DNA of 64,000 nt from Thermoanaerobaculia bacterium (GCA_046331465.1 JAXLQV010000001.1:671210-735209), one strand, 5' to 3'. Shown: positions 27,147-37,563, counted from the first letter of the stretch. A program made the numbers and translations. Notes: generated by a model not told the origin, from the letters alone.

Positions 27147-28061
27147 GTGCCCGAGCTCCCCGACGTCGCGCTCTACGTCGAGCACCTGACGCGTCGCCTC
27201 GCGGGCAGGCCGCTCGAGCGGGTCCGCGTCGCCTCGCCCTTCCTCGTCCGCACCGTCGCGCCGCCGCTCTCGTCGGCCGAGGGGAAGACCGTCCGCGGCG
27301 TGCGGAGGCTCGGCAAGCGGGTCGTCTTCGAGCTCGAGGGCGGGCCGTTCCTCGCCGTCCACCTGATGATCGCGGGACGCTTCCACTGGAAGGACGCGCC
27401 CCGGGCACCGGTGCCGAAGAAAGTCGGGCTCGCAGCCTTCGACCTGCCGGGGGCGACGCTCCTCCTGACGGAGGCGAGCCCGAAGAAGCGCGCCGCGCTC
27501 CACGTCGTGGCGACGGAGGAGGAGCTCGCGGCCCTCTCGCGTGGCGGGATCGAGCCGCTCGAGGCGGACCTCGCCTCGTTCGCGGCGGCGCTCCGCTCCG
27601 AGAGCCACACGATCAAGCGCGCCCTGACCGACCCGCGCCTCTTCGCCGGGATCGGGAACGCCTACTCCGACGAGATCCTCCACGCGGCGGGCATGTCCCC
27701 CTTCGCCCTGACCCGGAAGCTCGACGACGCGGAGGTCACGAGGCTCTTCGAGGCGACGCGCTCGACGCTCTCGTCCTGGCTCGAGCGGCTCCGCGCCGAG
27801 GCGGGCGACCGCTTCCCCGAGAAGGTGACCGCGTTCCGCCCCGACTTCGCCGTCCACGGCCGCTACGGGAGGCCCTGCCCGGCCTGCGGCGACCCGGTCC
27901 AGCGGCTCGTCTACGCCGACAACGAGGCGAACTACTGCGCGACCTGCCAGACGGGCGGGAAGCTCCTCGCGGACCGCGCCCTCTCGCGCCTCCTGAAGGA
28001 CGACTGGCCGAGGACGCTCGAGGAGCTCGAGGAGACGAAGGCGGCGCGGCGGGAGCCGTGA
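27147..28061 (+). CDS. Fpg/Nei-family DNA glycosylase / AP lyase (Fpg-like N-terminus)
   Basis: N-terminal MPELPDV (catalytic Pro2/Glu3 of the family), H2TH region, and a C-terminal zinc finger CPACGDPVQRLVYADNEANYCATCQ. The GTG start is 1 nt after the previous stop. Confidence 0.8.
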   Translation: MPELPDVALYVEHLTRRLAGRPLERVRVASPFLVRTVAPPLSSAEGKTVRGVRRLGKRVVFELEGGPFLAVHLMIAGRFHWKDAPRAPVPKKVGLAAFDLPGATLLLTEASPKKRAALHVVATEEELAALSRGGIEPLEADLASFAAALRSESHTIKRALTDPRLFAGIGNAYSDEILHAAGMSPFALTRKLDDAEVTRLFEATRSTLSSWLERLRAEAGDRFPEKVTAFRPDFAVHGRYGRPCPACGDPVQRLVYADNEANYCATCQTGGKLLADRALSRLLKDDWPRTLEELEETKAARREP

Positions 28062-28079
28062 CGGGCCGGCCGCCGCCCC

Positions 28080-30506
28080 TCAGGCGACGGCTTCCGCCGC
28101 GGACGCATGGCCGTTGACCGAGAGGACGACGAGCGTCTGGTCGTCCTCCGGCGGGCGGTTCCGGGTGAAGCGCTTCACGGCGGAGAGGAGCGCCTGCCGG
28201 ATCTCGCCCGCCCCGTCGCGCGCGGCGTCGCGGAGGACGTCCTCGAAGCGGGAGAAGCCGAACGGCTCGCCGTCGTCGTCGAGCGCCTCGATGAGCCCGT
28301 CGCTGTAGAGGACGAGCCGGTCGCCGGGGCGGAGCTGCGCGACGTGCTCGACGAACGGCTCGCGCCGCTTCACGCCGAGCGGGAAGCCCCAGGCCGAGAG
28401 CGGCTCGACCGAGCCTCCGTGCCCGACGACGTACGGGTCGAGGTGCCCGGCCGAGCAGTAGCGGAGGCTCCCCGTCGCGGGGTCGAGGACGCCGAAGAAG
28501 AACGTCATGAGCATCCGCTTCGGGGCCGTCTTCCTCACCGTCTCGTTCAGGACCTCCATGACGCGGACGGGCGAGGGGTCGTGGCCGGTCTGCACGAGGA
28601 GCGCCGACTTCGCCATCGCCATCACGATGCCGCTCGTCAGGCCGTGCCCGGCGACGTCGCCGAACGCGAGGCCGAGCCGTCCGCCGGAGAGCGGGAGGAA
28701 GTCGAAGTAGTCGCCGCCGATCTCCGTCGCGGCGCGGTAGTGCGAGGCGACGACGACGCCCGGCAGCTTCGGGTCGCTCGGCGGGAGGAGCGCCGCCTGG
28801 ATCCGGTTCGCGGCGTCGATCTCGGCCTTCACCCGCTCGCGCTCGACGATCCGCTTCACGTGCGGGGCGAGGTCCTCGTAGCGGTACTCGACCGTGCGGC
28901 GGGTCGCGAGGCCCGCGAGGGAGAGGGCGAGAAGGAGGAGGAGCGGGACGAGGAGGGCCGCGGCCGTGCCGTGGAGCGCCGGGCCCTCGAAGGAGCGGAG
29001 GAGGGGGAGGAGCGCGAGGAGGAGCGTGGAGCCGAACAGCGCCACGGCGGACGCGAGAAGGTCGCTCGCGAGGAAGACGCCCGCGGCCGCGAGCGGCGCG
29101 CCGAAGCCGAGGAGGAACCGGATCGTCGAGGGGCCCACCGGCGCGAGGCCGAGGGCGAGGATGGAGCCGATCGCCGCCGAAGCGAGGAGGCCGACCCAGA
29201 GGAGCCGACGGCGATGGAACGCCGACAGCGTGAAGAGAAGCGCGACGACCGCGATCGGGATCGCCATCGTGAGCGCCACGAGTACGGAGGTGGCGGGGCC
29301 CGCCTCGGAGGAGAGGACGATCTCGGCGAGGTCGCCGAGGACGGGCCGGGCCGTTCCGAGGGCGAGCGCGGGCGCGTAGGGGAGGAGCGCGGCCGCCGCG
29401 ACGGCGGGGGAAAGGACGAGGCCGGTGAGGAGCGAGCCGCCGACCGTGGCGTTCCGGGCGTCGCGGCGCAGGAGGGCGTCGAACGAGGCGAGCTTCTCGC
29501 CCCAGCGCTCGCGGGCGTAGCTTTCCCCGACCGACCAGGAGAGGAAGACGAGCGCCGCGAGCGGGACGTCGAAGAAGAGGAAGCGGAAGGCGGCCTGCGC
29601 GAGGGTCGTCTGGAAGGCGTCGACGCCGCCGAGGCCGAGGTTGTAGCCCTGGGCCCGCGCGACGAGGACGTCGAACGCGAGGAAGAGGACGAGCTGCGCG
29701 CCGAAGAGCCAGGCGCCGGTGCCGACGCCGACCTCGCCGGCGTGGTACTTCTTCAGGAAGATCCCGAGGAGGACGAAGAGGAGGCCGAAGACGACGGCGA
29801 AGCTGGCGAGCGTCGTCGCGACGCTGCCGCCGAAGGCGTACCGGAACGCCCGGCCGTCGCGGTACTCCTCGTGCAGCTCCCAGCCCGCGAGGCGGTCGCC
29901 GACGAAGTAGACGTTCAGGAAGAACGAGATCGAGGCCGGCTCCCCGTCGTGCGCGACACGGTAGCGGAGCGTGTGGTCGACGCGGTCCTTCAGGACGTTC
30001 GGCCGGGCACCGTCGTACTCCGGCCGCGGCGCGCCCGCGAACGAGCGCGAGGAGACGAAGCGGTCGGCGATCGCGCGAACGTCGGCTTCCGAAGGCCGCG
30101 CTCCCTTCTCCTCCGCTCGCGCCCGGACCCTCGCCCCGAGCACCGCTCCGTCCTTCCCCACGAGGACGTAGCCGAACTCGGGGTTCTTCTCGAGCCCCTC
30201 CCGGAAGTAGGTGACCCGGAAGGCCCCGAGACGCGGTCCGACGACCGGGTCGCCGTCGAGCGCTCGCCGCATCCGGGAGTCGCCCGCGGTCTCCTGCTCG
30301 ACGAGGAGGTTCTCCTCCCACGTCTCCACGCGGAACGCGCGCTCCAGTGGGATTCCGAGGCCACGGGCTTCCGCGTCGGCGATCGCGACGGCCTGCGGTC
30401 GCGTGATCGAGAGACCGCGCGGCTGGGCCGCGTCGAAGCGCGGAAGCAGGGCCGCGAGCGCCGCCGCTCCCAGCAAGCCGAGGGCCAGGGCGTACTTCGC
30501 CTTCAT
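28080..30506 (-). CDS. membrane-bound PP2C-family protein serine/threonine phosphatase (SpoIIE/RsbU-like) with a periplasmic N-domain and a polytopic TM region
   Basis: Signal/periplasmic domain, about 10 TM helices, then PP2C motifs EIGGDYFDF...GDVAGHGLTSGIVMAMAKS...LYSDGLIEALDDDGEPFG. Confidence 0.75.
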   Translation of the reverse strand: MKAKYALALGLLGAAALAALLPRFDAAQPRGLSITRPQAVAIADAEARGLGIPLERAFRVETWEENLLVEQETAGDSRMRRALDGDPVVGPRLGAFRVTYFREGLEKNPEFGYVLVGKDGAVLGARVRARAEEKGARPSEADVRAIADRFVSSRSFAGAPRPEYDGARPNVLKDRVDHTLRYRVAHDGEPASISFFLNVYFVGDRLAGWELHEEYRDGRAFRYAFGGSVATTLASFAVVFGLLFVLLGIFLKKYHAGEVGVGTGAWLFGAQLVLFLAFDVLVARAQGYNLGLGGVDAFQTTLAQAAFRFLFFDVPLAALVFLSWSVGESYARERWGEKLASFDALLRRDARNATVGGSLLTGLVLSPAVAAAALLPYAPALALGTARPVLGDLAEIVLSSEAGPATSVLVALTMAIPIAVVALLFTLSAFHRRRLLWVGLLASAAIGSILALGLAPVGPSTIRFLLGFGAPLAAAGVFLASDLLASAVALFGSTLLLALLPLLRSFEGPALHGTAAALLVPLLLLLALSLAGLATRRTVEYRYEDLAPHVKRIVERERVKAEIDAANRIQAALLPPSDPKLPGVVVASHYRAATEIGGDYFDFLPLSGGRLGLAFGDVAGHGLTSGIVMAMAKSALLVQTGHDPSPVRVMEVLNETVRKTAPKRMLMTFFFGVLDPATGSLRYCSAGHLDPYVVGHGGSVEPLSAWGFPLGVKRREPFVEHVAQLRPGDRLVLYSDGLIEALDDDGEPFGFSRFEDVLRDAARDGAGEIRQALLSAVKRFTRNRPPEDDQTLVVLSVNGHASAAEAVA

Positions 30507-30587
30507 GCCCCGGATACTACGGACCGGCGCGCCCGAAAGTTCCGCAACGCCGTGCCTCCGCTCCCTCGCCTCGGGTACGCTCGGAGC

Positions 30588-31502
30588 GTGAAAGTGCTCG
30601 TGTCGCAGCCTTTACCCGAGCCGTCGACGACGGAGCTCCTCGCGGGGTTCGAGGTCGTCGTCGGCCTCCCCGGGGCGTGGGAGGAGGCGGCGCGCCTCGA
30701 TCTCCCCGAGGCGGATGCCCTCGTCCCGACCCCGCGGGAGAGGGTCACCGACGCCCTCCTCGCCCTCGCGCCGCGCCTGAAGGTCGTCGCGAACTGCGCC
30801 GTCGGGACGGACAACGTCGACCTCGAGGCGTGCCGGAAGCGCGGCGTCGTCGTGACGAACACGCCCGGCGTCCTGACGGAGGCGACGGCCGACCTCGCGT
30901 GGCTCCTCCTCCTCGCCGTGACGCGGCGGCTCCGGGAGGGGGAGGCGCTCCTCCGGTCGGGGAGCTGGAGCGGCTGGAAGCCGCTCGAGCTCCTCGGCAC
31001 CGGGCTCGCCGGCAGGACGCTCGGCGTCTACGGGATGGGGAGGATCGGGTCCGCCGTGGCGCGGCGCGCGGAGGCCTTCGGCATGCGCGTCCTCGGCGTC
31101 GTGGAAGGGGACCCCCCGGAGGCGTTCGAGAGGCTCCTCGCCGAGTCGGACGTCGTCTCGATCCACGTCCCGCTCACGCCCGCGACGCGCGGCCGGTTCG
31201 GCGCCGCCGAGCTCGCGCGGATGAGGCCCGGCGCGATCCTGATCAACACCGCGCGCGGGCCGGTCGTCGACGAGGCGGCGCTCGCGGAGGCCCTCGTGTC
31301 CGGCCACCTCGGCGGTGCCGGCCTCGACGTCTTCGAGAAGGAGCCCGAGGTCCACCCGGCGCTGCTTCCGCTCCCGAACGTCGTCCTCCTCCCGCACCTC
31401 GGCTCGGCGACGCGCGAGACGCGGCTCGCGATGGCGAGGACGGCGTGCGAGGAGGCCGCGCGGGTGCTCCGGGGCGAAGAACCGAAGAACCGGGTCGCCT
31501 GA
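30588..31502 (+). CDS. D-isomer-specific 2-hydroxyacid dehydrogenase (glyoxylate/hydroxypyruvate reductase-like)
   Basis: GVYGMGRIGSAVARRA (NAD Rossmann motif), catalytic LLPHLGSAT..R, and VKVLVSQPLP at the N-terminus. Start is GTG 30588 or 30594. The upstream 800 aa of the ORF-track entry are antisense junk over the phosphatase gene. Confidence 0.8.
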   Translation: MKVLVSQPLPEPSTTELLAGFEVVVGLPGAWEEAARLDLPEADALVPTPRERVTDALLALAPRLKVVANCAVGTDNVDLEACRKRGVVVTNTPGVLTEATADLAWLLLLAVTRRLREGEALLRSGSWSGWKPLELLGTGLAGRTLGVYGMGRIGSAVARRAEAFGMRVLGVVEGDPPEAFERLLAESDVVSIHVPLTPATRGRFGAAELARMRPGAILINTARGPVVDEAALAEALVSGHLGGAGLDVFEKEPEVHPALLPLPNVVLLPHLGSATRETRLAMARTACEEAARVLRGEEPKNRVA

Positions 31503-31521
31503 CCGTCCGCCCGCCGCGCGG

Positions 31522-33177
31522 TCAGCTCGCGGAGAGGTCCGCCCGCGGCAGGCGTCGGGCCGCCCCGAGCATCGCGCCCGCGGCGAGGCCGAGCGCGGCG
31601 GAGGCCCACGCCGCGAGGAGGAGAGTCGCGTCGAGCCGCGCTCCGAGGAGCGCCTCGAGGAGGCTCCTGAGCCCCTCGCTCACGAAAAGGACGGGGACGG
31701 TCGCGAGGAGCGTCGAGAGCCCCATCGCGAGGAGGCCGCCCGGGCCGAGGGCGACGGAGACCGGGTTCGGGGCGTCGTAGCGGGGGAAGAGGGCGCCGAG
31801 CCCCACGTGGAGCGCCGGGATCGCGAGCCCCCCGACGGTGGCCGCGGCGAGGGCGGCTCCGAGCGGGAAGCCGCGCGCGCCGAGGACGGCGGCCGAGGCG
31901 CCGGCGAGGAGGAGCGCCGCGAGGAGCGCCGGAAGGGCCCGCACCACCCAGCGGAGGACGAGGTGGCGCGCGGGGGAGAGCGGGAGCGACCGGAGGACGA
32001 GGGCCGCGCGACCGTCCGTCGAGACGGCGGGGTAGGCGAAGCGGAGGGCGAGCGCCGAGACGAGGAAGAGGCCGAGCCCGGCCTGCAGGCCGTGGACGAC
32101 GTCGCGCGAGGCGGCGTCGCCCGCGGGGAGGAGCCTCAGGTTCAGGAGGTCGAGGACGAAGACGGCGGTCAGCGTCCCGAGCTGCGCAGGCGTCGCCGCA
32201 TCGCGCAGGAGCGTCCTCACCTCCGCCCGGAGGAGCTCGGCCGCGGCCGACGAGGCGGGCGGGACGGCACCGCGGCGCGACGGCGCCTCGGCCTGCTCGC
32301 GGCTCCGGCGGAGGAGTCGCAGGTGGAGGGGCGCGAGGGCCGTCGAGGCGAGCGCGAGGAGGGCGAGCGCACCTGCGAGCAGCGCGAGGGCCGTCGCGAG
32401 GCCGGACGCCTCTCCCGCGAGGCCCCGGGCTGCCGCGTTCGCGGCGAGCGCGAGCGGGTTCGCGCCGGGCCCTCCGGGCGGCGTCGTCCCGAGGCGGAGG
32501 AGGAGGTCGAGCGCGGCCTCAGGGTCGAGGAAGCGCTCCGGCCGCGCGCCCCGGAGGCCGACGACGGCGGCGCCGAGCCCGGAGGCCGAGAGGAACGCCG
32601 CGAGGAGGCGCGCGCGGCGCGGAGGGAAGAGCGCGACGACGCCGAGGGCGAGGACGTTCCCGGCGGTGCCCGAGAGGACGGTGACGGCGAGGAACGACGC
32701 GGCGAGCGTGGCGGACGCGACGAGAGGGGACGCGCACGTCCGCGCGGCCAGGACGAGGGCCGGGAGGACGAGGAGGAGGGCGGGTCCCGAGGCGAGCACG
32801 ATCGTCGTCGCGGCCTGCCGGAAGAGGAGCCGCGCGTGCGGCACCGGGAGCGTCGCCCGGAAGAGGAGCTCCTCCGACAGGAAGAGCGTCGAGACGGCGG
32901 TCGTCAGCGCGCCGAGGAGGAGGAGCGCGGCCGTCCCGGCGAGGGCGGCGAGGAGGAGCCGCTCGAGGAGGAACGCCGGGACGAGCGAGGGGAGGAGCTC
33001 GACGCCGCGCCGGCCGAGGCCGACGAGGTAGGAGAGCCCCGCGTACTCCCCGGCGAGGAACGCGAGGGCGGAGGCGGCGACGGCGAGGGCTCCTCCCGCC
33101 TCCCACGTCGAGCGGAACGAGAGGCCGCGCCCGGCGGCCTTCAGGGCGTTTGCGAGCGCGACGCGGCCGCCGCTCAC
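31522..33177 (-). CDS. ABC-2-type transporter permease (polytopic, about 12 TM)
   Basis: GTG start overlaps the ATPase stop (GTGA). Very hydrophobic 551-aa protein, directly downstream of the ABC ATPase. Confidence 0.55.
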   Translation of the reverse strand: MSGGRVALANALKAAGRGLSFRSTWEAGGALAVAASALAFLAGEYAGLSYLVGLGRRGVELLPSLVPAFLLERLLLAALAGTAALLLLGALTTAVSTLFLSEELLFRATLPVPHARLLFRQAATTIVLASGPALLLVLPALVLAARTCASPLVASATLAASFLAVTVLSGTAGNVLALGVVALFPPRRARLLAAFLSASGLGAAVVGLRGARPERFLDPEAALDLLLRLGTTPPGGPGANPLALAANAAARGLAGEASGLATALALLAGALALLALASTALAPLHLRLLRRSREQAEAPSRRGAVPPASSAAAELLRAEVRTLLRDAATPAQLGTLTAVFVLDLLNLRLLPAGDAASRDVVHGLQAGLGLFLVSALALRFAYPAVSTDGRAALVLRSLPLSPARHLVLRWVVRALPALLAALLLAGASAAVLGARGFPLGAALAAATVGGLAIPALHVGLGALFPRYDAPNPVSVALGPGGLLAMGLSTLLATVPVLFVSEGLRSLLEALLGARLDATLLLAAWASAALGLAAGAMLGAARRLPRADLSAS

Positions 33178-33917
33178 GGCCCTTCGTCCGACGCGAGGTC
33201 GAAGAAGAGGTCGGAGAGCCGGCCCGTCCGGCCGCGTGCCGTGATCGCGAGCGGGGCGCCGCGGGCGGCGAGCCTCCCCTTCACGAGGACGCCCGCCTCG
33301 TCGGCGACCTCCTCGGCGAGGGAGAGGTGGTGCGTCGTCAGGAGGACGGACGCGCCGGCGCCGGTCCGCTCGCGGAGCCGATCGACGAGGAGCCTCTGCG
33401 CGAGCGGGTCGAGCCCGACCATCGGCTCGTCGAGGACGAAGAGGCGCGGGTCGTGGAGGAAGGCCTGGGCGAGCGCGACCTTCTGCCGCGTGCCGTGGGA
33501 GAGGGTCTCGTTCGTCCGGTCGGCCGCGCCGTCGAGGCCGAACGCGGAGAGCTCGCGCGAGATCCGCTCCTCGAGCGCCGGCCCGCGCGCGCCGAAGACC
33601 GTGCCGACGAAGCGGAGCGTCTCGCGCGGCGTCCAGCGCGGCCAGAGCCAGGGGCGATCGGGGACGAAGCCGAGGAGCCGCTTCGCCTCGACGGGGCTCG
33701 TCGCGACGTCGACCCCGAAGACCGCGGCGGACCCGGCGGTCGGGGCGAGGAGGCCGGTGAGGAGACCGATCGCGGTCGTCTTTCCGGCCCCGTTCGGCCC
33801 GACGAGCGCGAAGACGACGCCCGGCGGCACCTCGAGCGTCAGCCCGGAGAGCGCGAGGAGGTCGCCGTAGCGCTTCGTGGCGCCGCGGAACGCGAAGGCC
33901 GGGGAGGTCTCGGGCAT
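33174..33917 (-). CDS. ABC transporter ATP-binding protein
   Basis: Walker A GPNGAGKTT, signature LSHGTRQKVALAQA, Walker B LFVLDEP, H-loop TTHHL. Confidence 0.8.
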   Translation of the reverse strand: MPETSPAFAFRGATKRYGDLLALSGLTLEVPPGVVFALVGPNGAGKTTAIGLLTGLLAPTAGSAAVFGVDVATSPVEAKRLLGFVPDRPWLWPRWTPRETLRFVGTVFGARGPALEERISRELSAFGLDGAADRTNETLSHGTRQKVALAQAFLHDPRLFVLDEPMVGLDPLAQRLLVDRLRERTGAGASVLLTTHHLSLAEEVADEAGVLVKGRLAARGAPLAITARGRTGRLSDLFFDLASDEGP

Positions 33918-33921
33918 CGCC

Positions 33922-35877
33922 TCATCGTACGGGAGCGGGCGGGGCGGCGTCGCCCGCCCGGGCGATCGACCGGGCGGGCGAGAGGTAGCCCGCACCCTCG
34001 AGGCGGCGGGCGAGGAGCCAGCCGAGCAGCGTGGTCCCCTCGACCGTGAAGTGGTCGTACCCGTCCAGCTCGGAGAGCGGCGAGAAGCTGACGCCGAAGG
34101 CGTGCATCTCGGCGGAGAGGTCGAGGAGGGGGAGGGAATACCTCGCCGAGACGGCCCTCCAGACGTCGCGGGCCACGTCGTCGGGCTCCGGCACCGCCTT
34201 CGGGAGGTAGACGAGCGTCAGCTCGCGACGCCGGCCGCTGCCGTCGACGAGGCGGCGCGAGAGGGCCCCGAGCGGCTCCCCGAGGAGCTCGACGATCTGG
34301 GGACGGAGGGCCGGGTCCGCGGCGAGGCGGGGAAGCTCCGCGAACTCGAGGGATTTCGGGAGGACCTTCACGAGCCCGCGTGCCTCGCAGTCACGGAAGA
34401 ACTTCGACGGGCGGCCGGGCTGGACCCGCTCCCGGGGCGCCCTCAGCGTGAACTCGCCGTCGAGCGCGCGGGTGGGCAGCCCGTCCGGGCCGAGGGGGCG
34501 GTCGTACCACGCCGTGAACTGCAGCGCCGAGTCGGGCCCGACGAGGACGAGGACGCGGTCGACGTCGTAGGCGGTCGCGAGCGGCGGGACGTCGGTCGCG
34601 GGCCAGAGGAAGAGCGGCTCCCAGCTGACGCGGCCCACCGAGAGGACCTGGACGCTCTCCCGGCGCCCCGCGAGGGCGGCCTCGGCGTCGAGGAAGAGCT
34701 CCAGCCGCTTCGCCAGGACCTGCATCCGGTTGATCCGTCCCCCGCTCGCGACCTTCTCGCGCTCGGAGACGTAGAACGAGCGGGAATCCCCGGCGAGGAG
34801 GAGCCGGACCGTGGCCGGCGGCTTGCGTCTCGGGTAGGCGAAGTCGGTCAGGCCGTCCGGCTGCGGCTGCTCCGAGTTCACCGAGCCGGCGAAGTCGTAG
34901 TCGCGGACGCTCCCGACGACGTTCCGGAGGGGCGAGGCGACGAAGAGCCGCCTCTCCTCCCTCGGGTCGACGACGAGCCCGGCGGGATCGGCCGACCGCG
35001 CGGCGAAGACGGGCATCTGCTCGCCCTTCTCCTGCGACAGCACCGGGCCCCAGACCGAGCGCGGCGTGGCGTCGCCGCGCGGCGAGAGGACGACGAGGGG
35101 CGTCTTCGGGTCGGCGCGCAGCGCCCAGAGCCGGTCCCCCTGGCACGCCAGGGCCCGGACCCCGGTGACGTTTCCGACGGTCTCCCGCCGTCCGTCGGAG
35201 CCGAGGAAGAAGACCCGCCCGCCCGCCGCGTCCGCGACCGCGAGCCGATCCCCCGCCGCCCCGCAGAGGCAGAGGCCGGTCGGCTTCACGGTCGACCCGG
35301 GGGGAAGGAGAGGCCGGGCCCGCGAGGTCGCGACGTCGACGCGGTAGACCTGCCTCTCTTCCGGGCTCGAGGCGTAGAGAGCGCCGGAGGGCGACGCGAC
35401 GAGCGCGAAGACCCCGTGCACGACCCGTCCCGGGATCGCGATCTCGCGGACCGCGCCGGCCTTCAGGTCGACGAGGCGCAGCCGCTCCCCGGCCTCGACG
35501 ACGACGAGCTTCTCCCCGGGGAGGAGGGCGACGAGGTAGGGGTGGTCGAGCGCGGCGGAGCGGAGGATGCCGTCGCGAAGACTCGCCTCGCCCGTCCCGG
35601 CGACCGTCTCGACGCGGTTCCCCTCGGCGAGGAGGACGACTCGGATCCGGTTGTTGTCCCGGTCGGCGACGTAGAGGCGGGTCCCGTCGGGCGAGACGGC
35701 GAGCCCGACCGGGGAGGAGAAGCGTGCCTCCGCGAACGGGCCGTCGCGGAAGCCCGGGGAGAACGAGCCGGCCACGAGGTCGTGGTAGTGCGAGACCGGG
35801 CGGATGGCCCCCGACGGCGAAGCGAGGAGGAGCGCGAGGACGGGGACGAGGCGGAGCGGACCCCCGCTCAGCGCCAC
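33922..35877 (-). CDS. secreted NHL-repeat/beta-propeller protein fused to a C-terminal SGNH/GDSL-type hydrolase domain
   Basis: Signal-like LRLVPVLALLLASPSGA. NHL-type blades (GTRLYVADRDNNRIRVV; GALYASSPEERQVYRVD). C-terminal domain with the GDS block (LLLAGDSRSFY) and the D-x-x-H block (LDGYDHFT). Start assigned to the GTG at 35877, overlapping the upstream gene's stop; this is uncertain. Confidence 0.55.
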   Translation of the reverse strand: MALSGGPLRLVPVLALLLASPSGAIRPVSHYHDLVAGSFSPGFRDGPFAEARFSSPVGLAVSPDGTRLYVADRDNNRIRVVLLAEGNRVETVAGTGEASLRDGILRSAALDHPYLVALLPGEKLVVVEAGERLRLVDLKAGAVREIAIPGRVVHGVFALVASPSGALYASSPEERQVYRVDVATSRARPLLPPGSTVKPTGLCLCGAAGDRLAVADAAGGRVFFLGSDGRRETVGNVTGVRALACQGDRLWALRADPKTPLVVLSPRGDATPRSVWGPVLSQEKGEQMPVFAARSADPAGLVVDPREERRLFVASPLRNVVGSVRDYDFAGSVNSEQPQPDGLTDFAYPRRKPPATVRLLLAGDSRSFYVSEREKVASGGRINRMQVLAKRLELFLDAEAALAGRRESVQVLSVGRVSWEPLFLWPATDVPPLATAYDVDRVLVLVGPDSALQFTAWYDRPLGPDGLPTRALDGEFTLRAPRERVQPGRPSKFFRDCEARGLVKVLPKSLEFAELPRLAADPALRPQIVELLGEPLGALSRRLVDGSGRRRELTLVYLPKAVPEPDDVARDVWRAVSARYSLPLLDLSAEMHAFGVSFSPLSELDGYDHFTVEGTTLLGWLLARRLEGAGYLSPARSIARAGDAAPPAPVR

Positions 35878-36317
35878 TCGACCTTCTCGAACAGCGAGGC
35901 GTCGGCGGCGGCGGGCGCGGGGTGCGCCGCGGCCCAGGTGGAGAGCCGGGTGAGCCGCGCCGTCAGCCGCGCGACGCGGGTGAGGCTGTCCCACTTCGGC
36001 TTGCCGTAGCCGTCCTTCTCCTTGACGACGACGACGTCGATGCGGACCTCGTCCGGGTCGTTCGCCTTCAGGCGGCTCGCGGCGAGGCGCGCGGCGGCAC
36101 CGAGGAGGGCCCCCCTGTCGGCAGCCTTCGTTCCGGCGGCGGCCGCTCCCGCGTCCCAGAGGACGTGGACGTAGTCCGCCTTGCGCGTGACGACGACGTC
36201 GCCGTCCGGGGTCGCGCCCGCCGCCGGGCGCCCCGCGACGAAGGCCGCCGTCAGCGCGACCAGAGCGCCCGCGAGAAGCGCGCGACGTCCGCGAGCGGAT
36301 AGAAGAACAGGAGCCAT
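35868..36317 (-). CDS. small exported hypothetical protein (possible AlgF-like accessory of the MBOAT system)
   Basis: 149 aa from ATG 36317. Signal-like MAPVLLSARGRRALLAGALVALTAAFVAG. Composition is acceptable but Ala-rich. Confidence 0.3.
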   Translation of the reverse strand: MAPVLLSARGRRALLAGALVALTAAFVAGRPAAGATPDGDVVVTRKADYVHVLWDAGAAAAGTKAADRGALLGAAARLAASRLKANDPDEVRIDVVVVKEKDGYGKPKWDSLTRVARLTARLTRLSTWAAAHPAPAAADASLFEKVEWR

Positions 36318-37441
36318 CCGAACGCGACGAAGCATACGGTGAGGATAGTGGAAAGGAGGTTCGCGGCGGGGACCCGGGAAAACCGGACCGCGGCGGGGCT
36401 CGATCGCCAGAGCGCGTGGGCGCCGAGCCCCGCGCCGTGGTAGAGCCCCCAGACGCCGAAGTGCCACGCGGCCCCGTGCCAGAGGCCGCAGAGGAACATC
36501 GTGAGGGCGAGGTTCAGGACGCGGCGGAGCATCCCGTGCCGGCTCCCCCCGAGCGGGACGTAGAGGTAGTCGCGGATCCAGGACGAGAGCGAGATGTGCC
36601 AGCGCTGCCAGAACTCGGCGATGTTCCTCGCGGCGTACGGAGTCCGGAAGTTGGGAGGCAGCTCGACGCCGATCATGCGCGAGAGCCCGATGGCGATGTC
36701 GCTGTAGCCGCTGAAGTCGAAGAGGATCCTCACCGAGAGGAGCGCGACGAGGAGGACGACGGACGTCCGGGACGGCGGCGCGGCCTGGACGAGCGAGATC
36801 GCCTCGGCGGCGGCGTCGGCGACGACGAGCTTCTTGGCGAAGCCGAGCGCCGCCTGTCCCGCGCCGAGGACGAGCGCCTCGGGCCGGGGCCGGGGGAGGC
36901 CCCCCTCGAGCTGCGCGAGGAACGGCTGGAACCGCTTGATCGGTCCCGAGACGATCGACGGGAAGTGGATCGCGAAGAGGGCGAAGCGGGCGGGGTCCCG
37001 AATCGGCGGGCTTCCCTTGTAGACGTCGGTGAGGTAGTGGACGAACTCGAACGTGAAGAACGAGATCGCGAGCGGCAGCGCCGGCGGCCGGACCGCGGGG
37101 AGAGCGAGTCCGACCGGGCCGCCGAGGAGGGCCCCGAGCGACCCGAGCAGGAGCCCCTGGTACTTGTAGGCGACGAGCCCGGCGACCGGGACGACGAGGA
37201 AGGCGAAGAAGAGCCGCCGCCGGGGCGTCCCTTCCGCCCGGCCCACGAGGAGGCCGCCCGCGTACGTGGCGGCGCCCATCGCGATGATCGGCGCGACGCC
37301 GGCGGGGCCGGCGAAGTGGTAGTGGAAGACGGCGCTCAGCGCGAGGAGCGCCGCGAGCCGCACGCGGGGGCCGGGCGCCAGCGCGAGGACGAGGAACGCC
37401 GCCGGGAAGAAGACGAGGAACCAGCTCGTGTTGAAGATCAC
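36251..37441 (-). CDS. MBOAT-family membrane-bound O-acyltransferase (AlgI/DltB/PatA-like)
   Basis: 396-aa polytopic protein with the MBOAT invariant-His region (FLCGLWHGAAWHFGVWGLYHG), plus WQRWHISLSSWIRDYLYVPLGGSR. Confidence 0.8.
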   Translation of the reverse strand: MIFNTSWFLVFFPAAFLVLALAPGPRVRLAALLALSAVFHYHFAGPAGVAPIIAMGAATYAGGLLVGRAEGTPRRRLFFAFLVVPVAGLVAYKYQGLLLGSLGALLGGPVGLALPAVRPPALPLAISFFTFEFVHYLTDVYKGSPPIRDPARFALFAIHFPSIVSGPIKRFQPFLAQLEGGLPRPRPEALVLGAGQAALGFAKKLVVADAAAEAISLVQAAPPSRTSVVLLVALLSVRILFDFSGYSDIAIGLSRMIGVELPPNFRTPYAARNIAEFWQRWHISLSSWIRDYLYVPLGGSRHGMLRRVLNLALTMFLCGLWHGAAWHFGVWGLYHGAGLGAHALWRSSPAAVRFSRVPAANLLSTILTVCFVAFGWLLFFYPLADVARFSRALWSR

Positions 37442-37563
37442 GGCGGCTCAGAAGTCGACGTAGATGAAGCCGGACGACGAGAGGTCGCCGGTGAGGACGA
37501 GGACGAGGACGATCGCCGCGAAGATGGCCGCGCCGACGAGGAGGCCGCGGCGGAAGGAGCGGC

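Noticed and set aside
28107-31502. 1131-aa plus-strand ORF
   Set aside because: Only the last about 300 codons (from GTG 30588) encode a recognisable 2-hydroxyacid dehydrogenase. The upstream 2.4 kb is antisense to the well-supported PP2C phosphatase gene and translates to R/E/G/D-rich low-complexity sequence, a GC-driven open frame.
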